Positions 39,801 to 48,692 of a stretch of DNA of 64,000 nucleotides are shown here, piece by piece. Source of the stretch: Candidatus Omnitrophota bacterium (GTDB lineage Bacteria > Omnitrophota > Gorgyraeia > Zapsychrales > Zapsychraceae). The DNA lies in contig JAJDCA010000026.1 of assembly GCA_029261055.1 (NCBI GenBank), forward strand, positions 5,747-69,746, given 5' to 3'. The notes under the pieces were generated by a model, which worked only from the letters and a program-made list of their open reading frames with translations, was not told where the DNA came from and did not search any database. The position numbers and the translations under genes were made by a program. The stretch's first letter is position 1; the number at the start of each line of letters is the position of its first letter.

Positions 39801-42800
39801 GATGCTAGAAAGGCGCTTAACGAAATCCCGGAGATTCTTGGTTTAGGGAAGATTGATTTTCATTCTGAGGCGTATGATGATGCCATGCTGACGGATGAAG
39901 GAAAAAAGAAAATTAGAACGGAGCGGGTCATCAATGGGCTTTTAGATCTTGTGGTTCCGGAGAGTTTAAAAGAAAGCGGCTTGGAGGGGGTAAGGGGCGT
40001 TATTACGCAAGTAGTTAACATAATGGAAAAAGAATGGAGTGTAAAATATTTAGAGGATACGGCATCAAAACTTGAAAAACAATTTGATGATAAATTCGCA
40101 GAAACGGAAGAAATATCAGAGAGTTATGCGCATGTAATTAAGATGTTGGAAAAAGAACATGATACTCTTGATAACGATGGAAGAGCCGTTCAACATGATT
40201 TGATTCAAACACAATTTTCTGAACTGATTGAGTCCGCAATTAATGCGTATAATGATGTTGGCAAATCGTATGCGAGATCAAAAAATATTATTTTAATATT
40301 TAGAGACGAAATAAATAGAATCCAAGTAGAAAATGAAACGAAACAATTAAAAGAAAGTGATTTTAAGAAAATAATCCATAAGGCGTTGAAGGCTACTTTT
40401 CAAAATACGCTAACGGAGGTAAGTAAGGAAAATAAAGATGCATTTGTCATCTTAAATTTTAGAACTTTAATAGATGTCATTAAAAATAAAGTGGATTCTA
40501 TTATCGAAAATATTGATGGTGACGATGAAATAGGGGAAAAAATTTATGAAATATTCAAGAATCCTCCTATGTCGGAAGCGGAGAAGGATAAGGTAGTATT
40601 CGAAGTGATTTATCCTGGGATCTTTCAATTGACAGAATATAAATTAAGTCATTCAGGTTTTGAGAAATTTCCTCACTTAGGTTTTGAGAGTCAGCCCGAA
40701 GAACTCTTTGAGGCTCTTTTTAAAAAAGTTAATAAGTCCAATTATGTGACGATACCTGTAGGGAGGTTTAGTCCGGAAGGGGACATCATTCAAAATGCTA
40801 TGAAAAGTCTTGTCGAGACAGGACAAGCCATAATTGACGGTGACATAATTGGTTTGGATGAGCCGATAGAGACAGGGTTTAAGGCAAATGATAAAGATGA
40901 TTTAGAGGACATCAGGGGAATTATGCATAACATAAAGGTTAAATTTGATAATATTACGAAGAATTTTGAGGAAAGAATTCAAAAATCAAAAGGTTTTGGC
41001 GGTAATGATCAAATTCGAGATGATTTAAAGGAATTTATTTCTAAGAATGAAATGTCTCCTTATTTGATAAGATCGATTGCGAGTATATTTGACTACATAA
41101 TCAATCATTATCTCACTGTTGGTTCAGAGCTTGATAATTCTTTTTACGAATTAGCGCATGGTTTAAATATGAGGATTGTCGGTATTAAAAAAGATGGTCA
41201 TAAGATTTTTGTAGAAGCATGGGGTAAACACGGAGCCATTTATAAGTGGAGAGAATGGACAGATGACTTGGCGAAGGATATTGCTAAGGATACTATTGAA
41301 ATAATTCATCAGAGTAAGGACAGGTCTATGGCCACAGGAAAATTGGTTGCTTTTAAGGTGCAAAAAAAATATGGGGAAGGCAATTCTCTGAAAGTAGGAG
41401 AGGCTGTTATTGAAAAGTTAAGAGAGCAAGGCGTTACACTTTCTGATTTTAATGATTTTACGATTACTTTAAAGGGAAATCTGGGGGATGGGAAGAGTAG
41501 GGCGATTAGTATTAAATTTGCCGATGTTTCTTTTTCACAGGATGACGGCGCAGTTCATATTAAAAGTAGTGACCATTTTTTGGCATGGGAGCAAAGTTTA
41601 GATGACACTAGTGTGGAGTTTGAAGGACATTTAAAGGATGATAAAGATAATACGATAAAGAGTGAGGTCTCCGATAGTTCCATGATTGTGGAAGAGTGGA
41701 TTGGAAAGAAAATTGTTGGATGGGTTATGAATGAGAAGGCGGATCCAGAAGTTAACTTTATAAAGATGGATGCTTTATTGGAGTATCTTAAAGGGGAAGA
41801 TATTATTTCTTTTCCTGAAACTGAAGATTTGCGTGCATTTTTGTTAGAGTATGGTGCTGAAAGTACGGATGTTAAGGTCGAAGGGACCAATGAAATGTTT
41901 TATGTTTCTCAATTTAAAGGGCAGGAATTTTTAGCCTGGAATCAAAGTGTAAAACTTTACAAGTCGTTAATGGTTTTTACGCATATGGATGGTATTCCGC
42001 AAGAAGATTGGGGTAGCCCTGTTCAATTTTTATTTCATTATTTAAAGGTAAAAAAAGAAAAAAGGGACGGATTTGTTAGGAAAATTTTAGAAATAATTCT
42101 AAAAGAAAATGGTTTGTATCAGGAATCATTGAGCGATGTGCAAATTGTGGGTAAAGTAAGACCCATCCTTCAAAAAATTGAAAAAACTTTTGAGCCTAAT
42201 GAGACAGTTGTTAAGGGGGTGTTCTATACAGAATTAGTTCAGTTTTCAGAAGGTTTAAAAAAAGAAGAAAACGGAAATATTTATCCTGATGAGTTGATGA
42301 AACGGCATATTGACGCCGTTATTTCTCGCCTCATGGAAGGGCGCGTATTTGAGCGTATTTCTTTTTTATTAGATAAATACCGAATGAATAATACAAATTT
42401 AAAAGGTTTGAATACGATATTAAAGTGGGTGACCGAAAAACAAGAAGACAATGCCATGAGGTCTGAAGGGCGGGAAAAGATTGAGGCTATTGCGGATGAG
42501 GTGAAAAAACGGCTAAATTCTAAAGAATATGTGGATGTGTTACGGTTATTTAATAGATTTTTGAACGTACATCAGGAAATGAAAACAAAATGGGAAGAAG
42601 AGGTATTGCCTGAGGTGACTCTTGAAAATGAAAGAGATCTCTTAAGATGGAGTTTTAAAGATAATTTAGAAAAGATGTTAAATATTTTGGAAATCATGAG
42701 AGATAAAATTGTTTATAATAATGAGTATTATGCGTATGAATCTCAAGAAACCATAGGTGTGTTCGTCAATGAATGGGATGGGCAAGGTAAAATGTCGCTT

Positions 42801-44075
42801 TTTACGACAGGTGATATACTTCATGATATGGAGTTAGTCGTAAGAGACGTGGTGATTGGCGGTATGATTGAAAAAGTATTAAACGAAGAAAAAATTATCT
42901 TAGTGTCAGGAGATATGCCGATAAATAAAGTCGATATTCATGATATGGAATTGAAGGGTGAAGCTAGCTATGATGAAATACTAGAAAGATTAAATCATAA
43001 TCTTAACGCATTCAATAAAAGTAGGCCTATTAAAATAAATGGCTATTCTGTTTTTCATGTTGATGATGTGGCCAGAATTTTATTTTCTTTGAAAGGAAAG
43101 AGGAAAAAGGGTGAGAAAATTAATAGAAGAAAGAAGAAAATAAATATGCCTTTTTCACATAAAAAGTTGTCTAATTTTGTGTATGACGCGTATAAAACGA
43201 AATATGTAAAAAAATACACAAGAATAGAAAAAATGGAGTTGGGGTGGATACGAGAGAAATTAGAGAATTTTGAGCTGTTGGAAAAGAAAGATTTCGATGT
43301 AGTTCTTAATATTGAGAGACTCGATGGTGAGCTTAGAAGAAAGCTTAATGAAAAAATTAATGTTTTGTTTGGAAGTGAAATTAAGCTGGACAATAATCTT
43401 AAGAAAGATACTAAATTGGATATTATTAAGGCTATTCGATGGGATACATTCTTTAGCGTGGTTGATTCTATTGTTACGAGGAAGGATTCTCGAGTAGATG
43501 GTGGGACCATAGATATGGCGGTAGATATTTATCAAGAGTATGTTAAAAAAAGAGAGAGTATCTTTATTAATATTGAGGTAAAGGCTTTGTTGGCGGATGT
43601 GCCCATGCTTGACAAACAAGGCATTGAATATGCTTTGGACAATATTATTTTATTGGGGCAGCGGGGAAGAATAATTGTTCCGGGGTTGTATGGTGAACGT
43701 TTTTATGAGCTTTTAGAATCAGCCAGAGTTATTGGAGCAATCGACCGTGCAATGTTCGAGATGACAGGTGAGGTCGAAAAACAAGTTAATAAAATTAAGA
43801 AGGTCGGTGGTATTAACCTTGATGCGGCGATGTTGGATTTGCAGATTAGGCGGGACGGGAATGGGGTGCCGTTGCCGGTTGCGGAGCAGGATTTCTCAAC
43901 GATACATATTGAAGGAGTTTTTCCGGTTTTTATTAATGCGACGCCAGTGAGTATTCCTCTCCTGTTGGGTTTTGCGGATGAAGCCGTTCCTGTCGGGTGT
44001 CCGTCTGATGAAGAAAGTCTCCATTGTGACCAAGCTTTGATTTTCAGTAAGCCGGAAGAAGAGATTGTTTTGTAG
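36888..44075 (+). CDS. Giant modular protein 1 (2395 aa): signal-like N-terminus, conserved N-domain, D-x-[AS]-M-delimited variable modules, GGIxL...RDGxGVPLP C-domain
   Basis: AGGAG RBS; the first ~360 aa are closely paralogous to the gene at 61737; AT-rich centre with no domain I can recognise. Confidence 0.85.
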   Translation: MNIYIKKQRFCSIYRILSAFIAVAFLTTTIVPQGYANTVISAPLSGINLPVPGTMLGMTESFTPVMVKGVTIHPDNPLRFDFIVDTGNTELGQGDALQEETTKLVKYFLAALTVPEKEMWVNLSPYEKDRIIADGLGQTDMGRDMLAQDYLLKQVTASLMYPEEELGEKFWTRVYARAQEEFGTTDIPMNTFNKVWIVPEKAVVFEDEKTSSTYVLESHLKVMLEEDYEAMEHNVDRRGLIHQTQDKGMINHAPTDIIRELLIPEIEKEVNQGKTFANLRQIYNSMILAAWYKQNLKDSLLGKIYMDQNKTKGIDTEDKQITQKIYDQYISSFKKGVYDYIKEDYDSATQQVVPRKYFSGGLKMGIDLSMLDTKKGRGNITRLDAENVGEILKFGYDMVDLGMGSAKIVKIKQAINNATYGDNSMVASEQGLKISQYIREGFDSDVEREKRAAVIEALYDHVDVLRKQFKSASAVADLPVFFRTISDYLENEAFLEILKEKVLTEEKYNTRISTEDDFLKVIAEFKEILEIKSSSTIVESGVWTAVEKIAEISFYFSGLHETKWSATYHKSNIAMFLAEGIMAESKDVEKEKKIKENALNLLEGTKSLFDRILLNEKNEEYTDVFKNLNQKLVNNIKILDLESEAAKLQYSLEEYEEDLDAFENNLNQHLFDVFQEFMGDIPKVDGFIKEVRKTLNNIQNKTGSRLKLIAEELNKAIDALELDVAMSTEVTSLSDEGVKLTQWDDMDEWILAGGSGWGSTYNRDQEIHDGNSYFTDTAIEEIYYRDKINSSGKVMVIKLKLKVIETIVKDKKIDINVPEVIIETNENKEFDIVVNADKRKINFMIWKAKYNITIVFKDSNSEFQKIFLNFDKYQNIMKNPESFRKIIQDKFIASEYLVKLVEEKLGEIVQDATNSLDPIELNSIMSEINNVKEILTQEKENTEFLNKIKQKLKNLFLAMGSVNRRKKIEFIDARKALNEIPEILGLGKIDFHSEAYDDAMLTDEGKKKIRTERVINGLLDLVVPESLKESGLEGVRGVITQVVNIMEKEWSVKYLEDTASKLEKQFDDKFAETEEISESYAHVIKMLEKEHDTLDNDGRAVQHDLIQTQFSELIESAINAYNDVGKSYARSKNIILIFRDEINRIQVENETKQLKESDFKKIIHKALKATFQNTLTEVSKENKDAFVILNFRTLIDVIKNKVDSIIENIDGDDEIGEKIYEIFKNPPMSEAEKDKVVFEVIYPGIFQLTEYKLSHSGFEKFPHLGFESQPEELFEALFKKVNKSNYVTIPVGRFSPEGDIIQNAMKSLVETGQAIIDGDIIGLDEPIETGFKANDKDDLEDIRGIMHNIKVKFDNITKNFEERIQKSKGFGGNDQIRDDLKEFISKNEMSPYLIRSIASIFDYIINHYLTVGSELDNSFYELAHGLNMRIVGIKKDGHKIFVEAWGKHGAIYKWREWTDDLAKDIAKDTIEIIHQSKDRSMATGKLVAFKVQKKYGEGNSLKVGEAVIEKLREQGVTLSDFNDFTITLKGNLGDGKSRAISIKFADVSFSQDDGAVHIKSSDHFLAWEQSLDDTSVEFEGHLKDDKDNTIKSEVSDSSMIVEEWIGKKIVGWVMNEKADPEVNFIKMDALLEYLKGEDIISFPETEDLRAFLLEYGAESTDVKVEGTNEMFYVSQFKGQEFLAWNQSVKLYKSLMVFTHMDGIPQEDWGSPVQFLFHYLKVKKEKRDGFVRKILEIILKENGLYQESLSDVQIVGKVRPILQKIEKTFEPNETVVKGVFYTELVQFSEGLKKEENGNIYPDELMKRHIDAVISRLMEGRVFERISFLLDKYRMNNTNLKGLNTILKWVTEKQEDNAMRSEGREKIEAIADEVKKRLNSKEYVDVLRLFNRFLNVHQEMKTKWEEEVLPEVTLENERDLLRWSFKDNLEKMLNILEIMRDKIVYNNEYYAYESQETIGVFVNEWDGQGKMSLFTTGDILHDMELVVRDVVIGGMIEKVLNEEKIILVSGDMPINKVDIHDMELKGEASYDEILERLNHNLNAFNKSRPIKINGYSVFHVDDVARILFSLKGKRKKGEKINRRKKKINMPFSHKKLSNFVYDAYKTKYVKKYTRIEKMELGWIREKLENFELLEKKDFDVVLNIERLDGELRRKLNEKINVLFGSEIKLDNNLKKDTKLDIIKAIRWDTFFSVVDSIVTRKDSRVDGGTIDMAVDIYQEYVKKRESIFINIEVKALLADVPMLDKQGIEYALDNIILLGQRGRIIVPGLYGERFYELLESARVIGAIDRAMFEMTGEVEKQVNKIKKVGGINLDAAMLDLQIRRDGNGVPLPVAEQDFSTIHIEGVFPVFINATPVSIPLLLGFADEAVPVGCPSDEESLHCDQALIFSKPEEEIVL
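37596..37652. repeat. In-frame REP doublet inside giant gene 1
   Basis: CGTAGGGGTTTGATTCATCAAACCC...GGGCATGATAAATCATGCCCCTACG. Confidence 0.8.
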
Positions 44076-44111
44076 GTGGATTTGGTGGATATTTTCTTTA
44101 TGACGATTTTG

Positions 44112-44156
44112 ACCAAAGTAGAAAAATCTTGCGTTATTTTTTGACTTTGGTATAAT
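44112..44156 (+). promoter_or_regulatory. Promoter with overlapping inverted repeat; probable leaderless transcript
   Basis: TTGCGT-16 nt-TATAAT ending 6 nt before ATG 44163; ACCAAAGT...ACTTTGGT inverted repeat; no SD. Confidence 0.55.
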
Positions 44157-44162
44157 TTCTTC

Positions 44163-45344
44163 ATGTTGCGTGATCGTTATTTACATCAGCCGATTTTGTC
44201 AGATCTAAAAACCCACATGGTTTTTATGGGAGGTCCCCGCCAGGTAGGAAAGACCACGTTAGCAAAATATATTGGAAAACAGCATTTTCCACACACCTAT
44301 TTAAACTGGGATAGTCGGGAGGATAAAAAAACAATCCTTGCACGGACATTTCCCGGTCCATCCAAGCTTATCATTTTTGATGAAATCCATAAATATCGTC
44401 CCTGGAAAAATTATCTAAAGGGGGAGTTTGATAAATATAAAGACAGGTTTTCCATTATGGTTACCGGAAGCGCCCGTTTGGACCTTTATCGAAAGGGGGG
44501 AGACTCTCTTATGGGGCGATATCATTATTACCGTCTTCATCCTTTTTCTGTTGCCGAAGTTTTTACACCACAGGGGCTGTCTGTGGAAGCCGGAAAAGAG
44601 TTAGTTTTTTCTAATTCTTTAGATAAAAAACGGCAAAAGATTTTTAAAGATCTTTTTAAGTTTGGCGGGTTCCCCGAACCTTTTTTGAGTAAAGATGCTA
44701 AAACACTGCGGCGTTTTCATAATGAACGATTGGACCGACTTGTTAAGGAAGATATTCGTGATGTTGAAACACTGAGAGATCTTTCCGCCATTCAGATTCT
44801 TGTGGAAATGCTTCCTGAAAAAGTGGGATCGCTTTTGTCCATTAATTCGTTAAGAGAAGATCTTCAGGTGACGCATAAAACAATTTCGCTGTGGATGGAT
44901 ATTTTAGAGCGGTTTTATTATCATTTTCGGATACGTCCTTTTTCAGCCAGACGTATCCAGTCGTTGAGGAAAGAACCTAAGATGTACCTTTGGGATTGGT
45001 CTCAGTTAGAGGATGAAGGGGCTAAGTTTGAGAATATCATTGCTTCACATCTTTTAAAATTTGTGCATTTTCTGTACGATACCGAAGGGTATAAAGCAGA
45101 ACTTTATTTTTTACGTGACACAGCCGGCCGTGAGGTTGATTTTCTTGTGACGATTAATAAAAAACCATGGTTTGCTGTGGAAGCTAAACTATCTTCTTCA
45201 AAAATATCCCCGCATTTAAAATATTTTCATGAACGCCTTACTATTCCGTATGTTTACCAGGTTGTCAAAGCGCCTGATATTGATTTTTTTAAAGATAGTT
45301 TCCGTGTCATCAGTGCAGATAAATTCTTAAGTGCATTGGTCTGA
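44163..45344 (+). CDS. AAA+ ATPase with DUF4143 domain (AAA_14 family)
   Basis: GPRQVGKTT, IIFDEIHK, VTGSA, GGFPE, PKMYLWD, FEN and REVDF...AVEAK motifs. Confidence 0.88.
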   Translation: MLRDRYLHQPILSDLKTHMVFMGGPRQVGKTTLAKYIGKQHFPHTYLNWDSREDKKTILARTFPGPSKLIIFDEIHKYRPWKNYLKGEFDKYKDRFSIMVTGSARLDLYRKGGDSLMGRYHYYRLHPFSVAEVFTPQGLSVEAGKELVFSNSLDKKRQKIFKDLFKFGGFPEPFLSKDAKTLRRFHNERLDRLVKEDIRDVETLRDLSAIQILVEMLPEKVGSLLSINSLREDLQVTHKTISLWMDILERFYYHFRIRPFSARRIQSLRKEPKMYLWDWSQLEDEGAKFENIIASHLLKFVHFLYDTEGYKAELYFLRDTAGREVDFLVTINKKPWFAVEAKLSSSKISPHLKYFHERLTIPYVYQVVKAPDIDFFKDSFRVISADKFLSALV

Positions 45345-45422
45345 TCTCCACGACATTTCCGTTGTTTATTTATCGATATTTGGTAGAATGGCACGCGTAC
45401 TAAATTTAATTTTGAAGTAACC

Positions 45423-45483
45423 ATAAACAGACCTCGAGGGATTGCCTGGGTTATTCGATAACAACCCCCCGAGGACTGTTTAT
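45423..45483. repeat. Hairpin repeat ATAAACAGACCTCG...CGAGGACTGTTTAT (relative at 57547-57624)
   Basis: Terminal inverted arms shared with the thiL-tsaE spacer element. Confidence 0.65.
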
Positions 45484-45507
45484 TTATTTTGAAGAACTTG
45501 GATACTT

Positions 45508-46887
45508 ATGAAAACTAAGACCTTATTTGTTTGTCAAGAATGTGGGACGCAATCGCCGCGATGGGTGGGGAAGTGTTCGGGCTGTAATAGCTGGAATTCT
45601 TTTGTAGAGGAAAGTGTTGTGTCAAGTCGTCCTGGAAAAGGGGCGGGATTTTTAAAGGACGAGCCTGTTTTATTGACGGATGTTGTGATTGATCACGAAA
45701 AACGGTTGATGACGGGCATAGGGGAATTTGATACGGTTTTAGGGGGTGGTGTTGTACCGGGATCGGTAACGCTTATTGGCGGTGATCCAGGTATTGGAAA
45801 ATCGACTTTGTCGCTTCAAGCGGCATGTGCTTTAAGTCAAAAAAAACACAAGGTTCTTTACATCAGCGGGGAGGAATCTGTCAAACAGTCGCGCATGCGA
45901 GCCCAGCGTTTAATGGGGGCTATGGATGGGGCTGCTGAAGAAGCGATGAGTTCGCTGTACATTGTTAATCAGGTGGACTTAGATATTATTTTAGAATACA
46001 TAAAAAAAATGAAGCCGGCGGTTGTGGTGATTGATTCTATTCAGGTGATGGGCTGTTCATCTGTAGCTTCTTCTCCGGGGAGTGTTAGCCAGGTGAGAGA
46101 ATGTTCGGCGATGTTAACGCAGTCGGCTAAGTCTTTGGGCATATCATTATTTATTATTGGTCATGTCACTAAGGAAGGTATGTTGGCTGGTCCACGCGTG
46201 TTAGAACATATTGTGGATACGGTATTGTATTTTGAAGGGGAACGTTATTCTACGTATCGGGTTTTGCGGGCCACTAAAAATCGTTTTGGATCGACGAATG
46301 AAATCGGTGTGTTTGAAATGGTGTCTACGGGGTTAGCCGAAGTGCCTAATCCATCGGAAATATTTTTATCTGAGCGTCCTCATGATGCGAGTGGTTCTGT
46401 GGTGGTTCCAATTATGGAAGGAACACGGCCTTTGCTTATTGAGGTGCAAGGATTGGTCAGTCGTGCCAGTTATGGAATCGCCCGCCAGAAGAGCCAGGGC
46501 TTTGATAGCAATCGTTTAGCTTTGCTTGTTGCTGTTTTGGAAAAAAGGATCGGTTTGAATTTGCAAGATCAAGATGTTTTTCTCAATATGGTCGGTGGTG
46601 TTAAAGTGGTGGACCCGGCCGCTGATCTAGCGGTTACAGTGGCTATTGCTTCTGCTTTTTTAGATAAGCCAGTTCCTTTTGATACGGCCGTTTTGGGGGA
46701 AGTGGGTTTATCATCGGAAGTACGCAGTGTTAGTCAGATACTGTCGCGCATTAATGAGGCTGCCAAATTAGGTTTTAAGAGATGCATCCTTCCTAAAAAT
46801 AATTTGAAAGCAGGGATTGATTTAAAAAAACAAAACTTAGAAATTGTCGCTGTAGAAAGTGTCCGGGAAGCACTGGATAAGTTGTGA
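45508..46887 (+). CDS. radA: DNA repair protein RadA/Sms
   Basis: Zn finger CQECG...CSGC, GDPGIGKST and KNRFG motifs. Confidence 0.97.
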   Translation: MKTKTLFVCQECGTQSPRWVGKCSGCNSWNSFVEESVVSSRPGKGAGFLKDEPVLLTDVVIDHEKRLMTGIGEFDTVLGGGVVPGSVTLIGGDPGIGKSTLSLQAACALSQKKHKVLYISGEESVKQSRMRAQRLMGAMDGAAEEAMSSLYIVNQVDLDIILEYIKKMKPAVVVIDSIQVMGCSSVASSPGSVSQVRECSAMLTQSAKSLGISLFIIGHVTKEGMLAGPRVLEHIVDTVLYFEGERYSTYRVLRATKNRFGSTNEIGVFEMVSTGLAEVPNPSEIFLSERPHDASGSVVVPIMEGTRPLLIEVQGLVSRASYGIARQKSQGFDSNRLALLVAVLEKRIGLNLQDQDVFLNMVGGVKVVDPAADLAVTVAIASAFLDKPVPFDTAVLGEVGLSSEVRSVSQILSRINEAAKLGFKRCILPKNNLKAGIDLKKQNLEIVAVESVREALDKL

Positions 46888-46889
46888 AA

Positions 46890-47006
46890 AAAAAGAAGTA
46901 AAGAAGCAGAGAGGCAAGAGGTAAAGGTACAAGAAGTAAAGAGGTAAGAGGCAGAGGTTAAAGTTTTTTCTTTGCTTCTCTATTTCTTACTCCTCTGCTT
47001 CTTTTA
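46890..47006. repeat. Purine-rich/pyrimidine-rich 7-8-mer inverted-arm element
   Basis: AAGAAGT/AGAGGY units, then CTTTGCTTCTCT...CCTCTGCTTCTTTT. Confidence 0.6.
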
Positions 47007-47021
47007 ACCAAGGAGTCGCTG

Positions 47022-47999
47022 ATGACATTAATATTCATTCGTTTATTTTTTACCTTAATCATGGGGTTTTTGGGGTTTTATGTTGGAACGACAATGTATC
47101 AACCTTTGTATGGTTTTCTTTCCGGGTTAGGGTTTGGTTTATTTTTCATCGTAATGGAAATGAGCTTACGGCGGGTCTCTGTTCGCGGTTTGTCCAGTAT
47201 GGTTTTTGGCCTTTTGCTAGGGGTTTTTATGGCAAAATTAGTGGCTGATGTTTTGTCATTATTGCCTTTAAGTGAATTTGTTCAATCTATGTCTCGGGTT
47301 ATTTTGACATTTGTTTTTTCTTATTTGGGGGCGGTGATGGCGTTGAGAGGGAAGGATGAATTTAATGTTATTATTCCATACATTAAATTTCGGCGGGAAG
47401 GTATTAAGGAAGGGGTTATTCTTTTAGATACAAGTGCAATTATCGATGGAAAGATTTCAGATATTTATAAAACACATTTTTTAAGTGGACGTTTGGTTGT
47501 TTTAAGATCTGTTTTGCATGAATTACAAAAATTAGCAGACTCAGCGGATGACATCAAAAGACAACGGGGTCGTCGTGGGATGGAGTTATTGCGTCTTATG
47601 CAGCATGATTCCAAAATAGATATTCATATTCATGAGGATGAAATGGAAGAATCTATGGATGTTGATGCTCGTTTGGTGCGCATAGCAAAAGTAATGGATG
47701 CCAGAATTTGTACTATCGATTTTAATTTGGGAAAGATAGCGGCATTACAGGGGGTGGACATATTAAATATTCATGACTTGGTCAATGCAGCTAAGTTTGT
47801 TGTGTTTACCGGGGAACAATTTGAAATTAAGTTGGTTAAAGAAGGTAAAGAATCTAATCAGGCTGTGGGGTACATGAATGATGGCACCATGGTGGTGGTG
47901 CGTGATGCACAGGATTGTATTGGTGAGACAGTCAAAATTACGGTTACATCTGTTTTGCAAACGCAGGCCGGCAAAATGATTTTTGCGGATTTAATTTAA
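47022..47999 (+). CDS. PIN/TRAM domain membrane protein (YacL-like)
   Basis: N-terminal TM helices, LDTSAIIDG, RGRRG, GKE..QAVGY..DGTMVVV and VLQT.AG.MIFA; conserved radA-ispD position. Confidence 0.9.
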   Translation: MTLIFIRLFFTLIMGFLGFYVGTTMYQPLYGFLSGLGFGLFFIVMEMSLRRVSVRGLSSMVFGLLLGVFMAKLVADVLSLLPLSEFVQSMSRVILTFVFSYLGAVMALRGKDEFNVIIPYIKFRREGIKEGVILLDTSAIIDGKISDIYKTHFLSGRLVVLRSVLHELQKLADSADDIKRQRGRRGMELLRLMQHDSKIDIHIHEDEMEESMDVDARLVRIAKVMDARICTIDFNLGKIAALQGVDILNIHDLVNAAKFVVFTGEQFEIKLVKEGKESNQAVGYMNDGTMVVVRDAQDCIGETVKITVTSVLQTQAGKMIFADLI

Positions 48000-48002
48000 A
48001 GA

Positions 48003-48692
48003 ATGAAGACCCAAGCTATTATTCCAACAGCCGGTTCAGGCTCACGATTTAACTCTACTCTTCCAAAATCACTTGTGACCGTGAGGGGAAAGCCTCTTTT
48101 TGTTTATGCCTTAGAGGTTCTTAAAAAGTCGCCTTTGATTGATAGTGTCGTGCTTGTTGTTCCTCAAGAACATCATGAAACATTTGAGAAAATTGTCGAG
48201 CAATCAGGTTTTACTCAAGAAGTAAAAATTGTTAACGGCGGTGCAACGCGGTGTGATTCTGTGGGATGCGGGCTTGAAGCTACGGATGCAGATACGGATA
48301 TCGTGCTTATTCATGATGGGGCACGTCCGCTTATTGGTTTAGATGTTGTTGAGGCATCTATTAAATTATGTGCACAAAAAGAAGCGGTTGTTGTCGCTGT
48401 TCCTGTCACTTCTACGATTAAGAAAATTGATACACAAAATATGTTGGTTCAAGAGACTTTAGCCAGAGAGGAACTTTGGGAAATTCAAACGCCGCAGGTT
48501 TTTAAAAGAGAAATTCTTCGAAGGGCGTATGTAGAAGTTAAAAATAAAAATGATCTTACAGACGACGCCTCTTTGGTGGAGCGGTTGGGGATGGGTATTA
48601 GTGTTTTAAAAGGGGATTATCGAAATATTAAAGTAACGACACCAGAAGACCTTTTTGTTCTTGAGTCTTTTCTTTCAGGAGAAAGAATATGA
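48003..48692 (+). CDS. ispD: 2-C-methyl-D-erythritol 4-phosphate cytidylyltransferase
   Basis: AGSGSRF, IHDGARP, QTPQ.F, TDDASL and NIKVTTPED motifs. Confidence 0.96.
   Translation: MKTQAIIPTAGSGSRFNSTLPKSLVTVRGKPLFVYALEVLKKSPLIDSVVLVVPQEHHETFEKIVEQSGFTQEVKIVNGGATRCDSVGCGLEATDADTDIVLIHDGARPLIGLDVVEASIKLCAQKEAVVVAVPVTSTIKKIDTQNMLVQETLAREELWEIQTPQVFKREILRRAYVEVKNKNDLTDDASLVERLGMGISVLKGDYRNIKVTTPEDLFVLESFLSGERI

Noticed and set aside
38151-43754. D-x-[AS]-M ATGs as independent internal gene starts
   Set aside because: SD-like GGAG/GAGG lie 12-14 nt upstream in several cases and only one (41328) has good spacing. There are no stops between modules, so this is unsupported, though not excluded.
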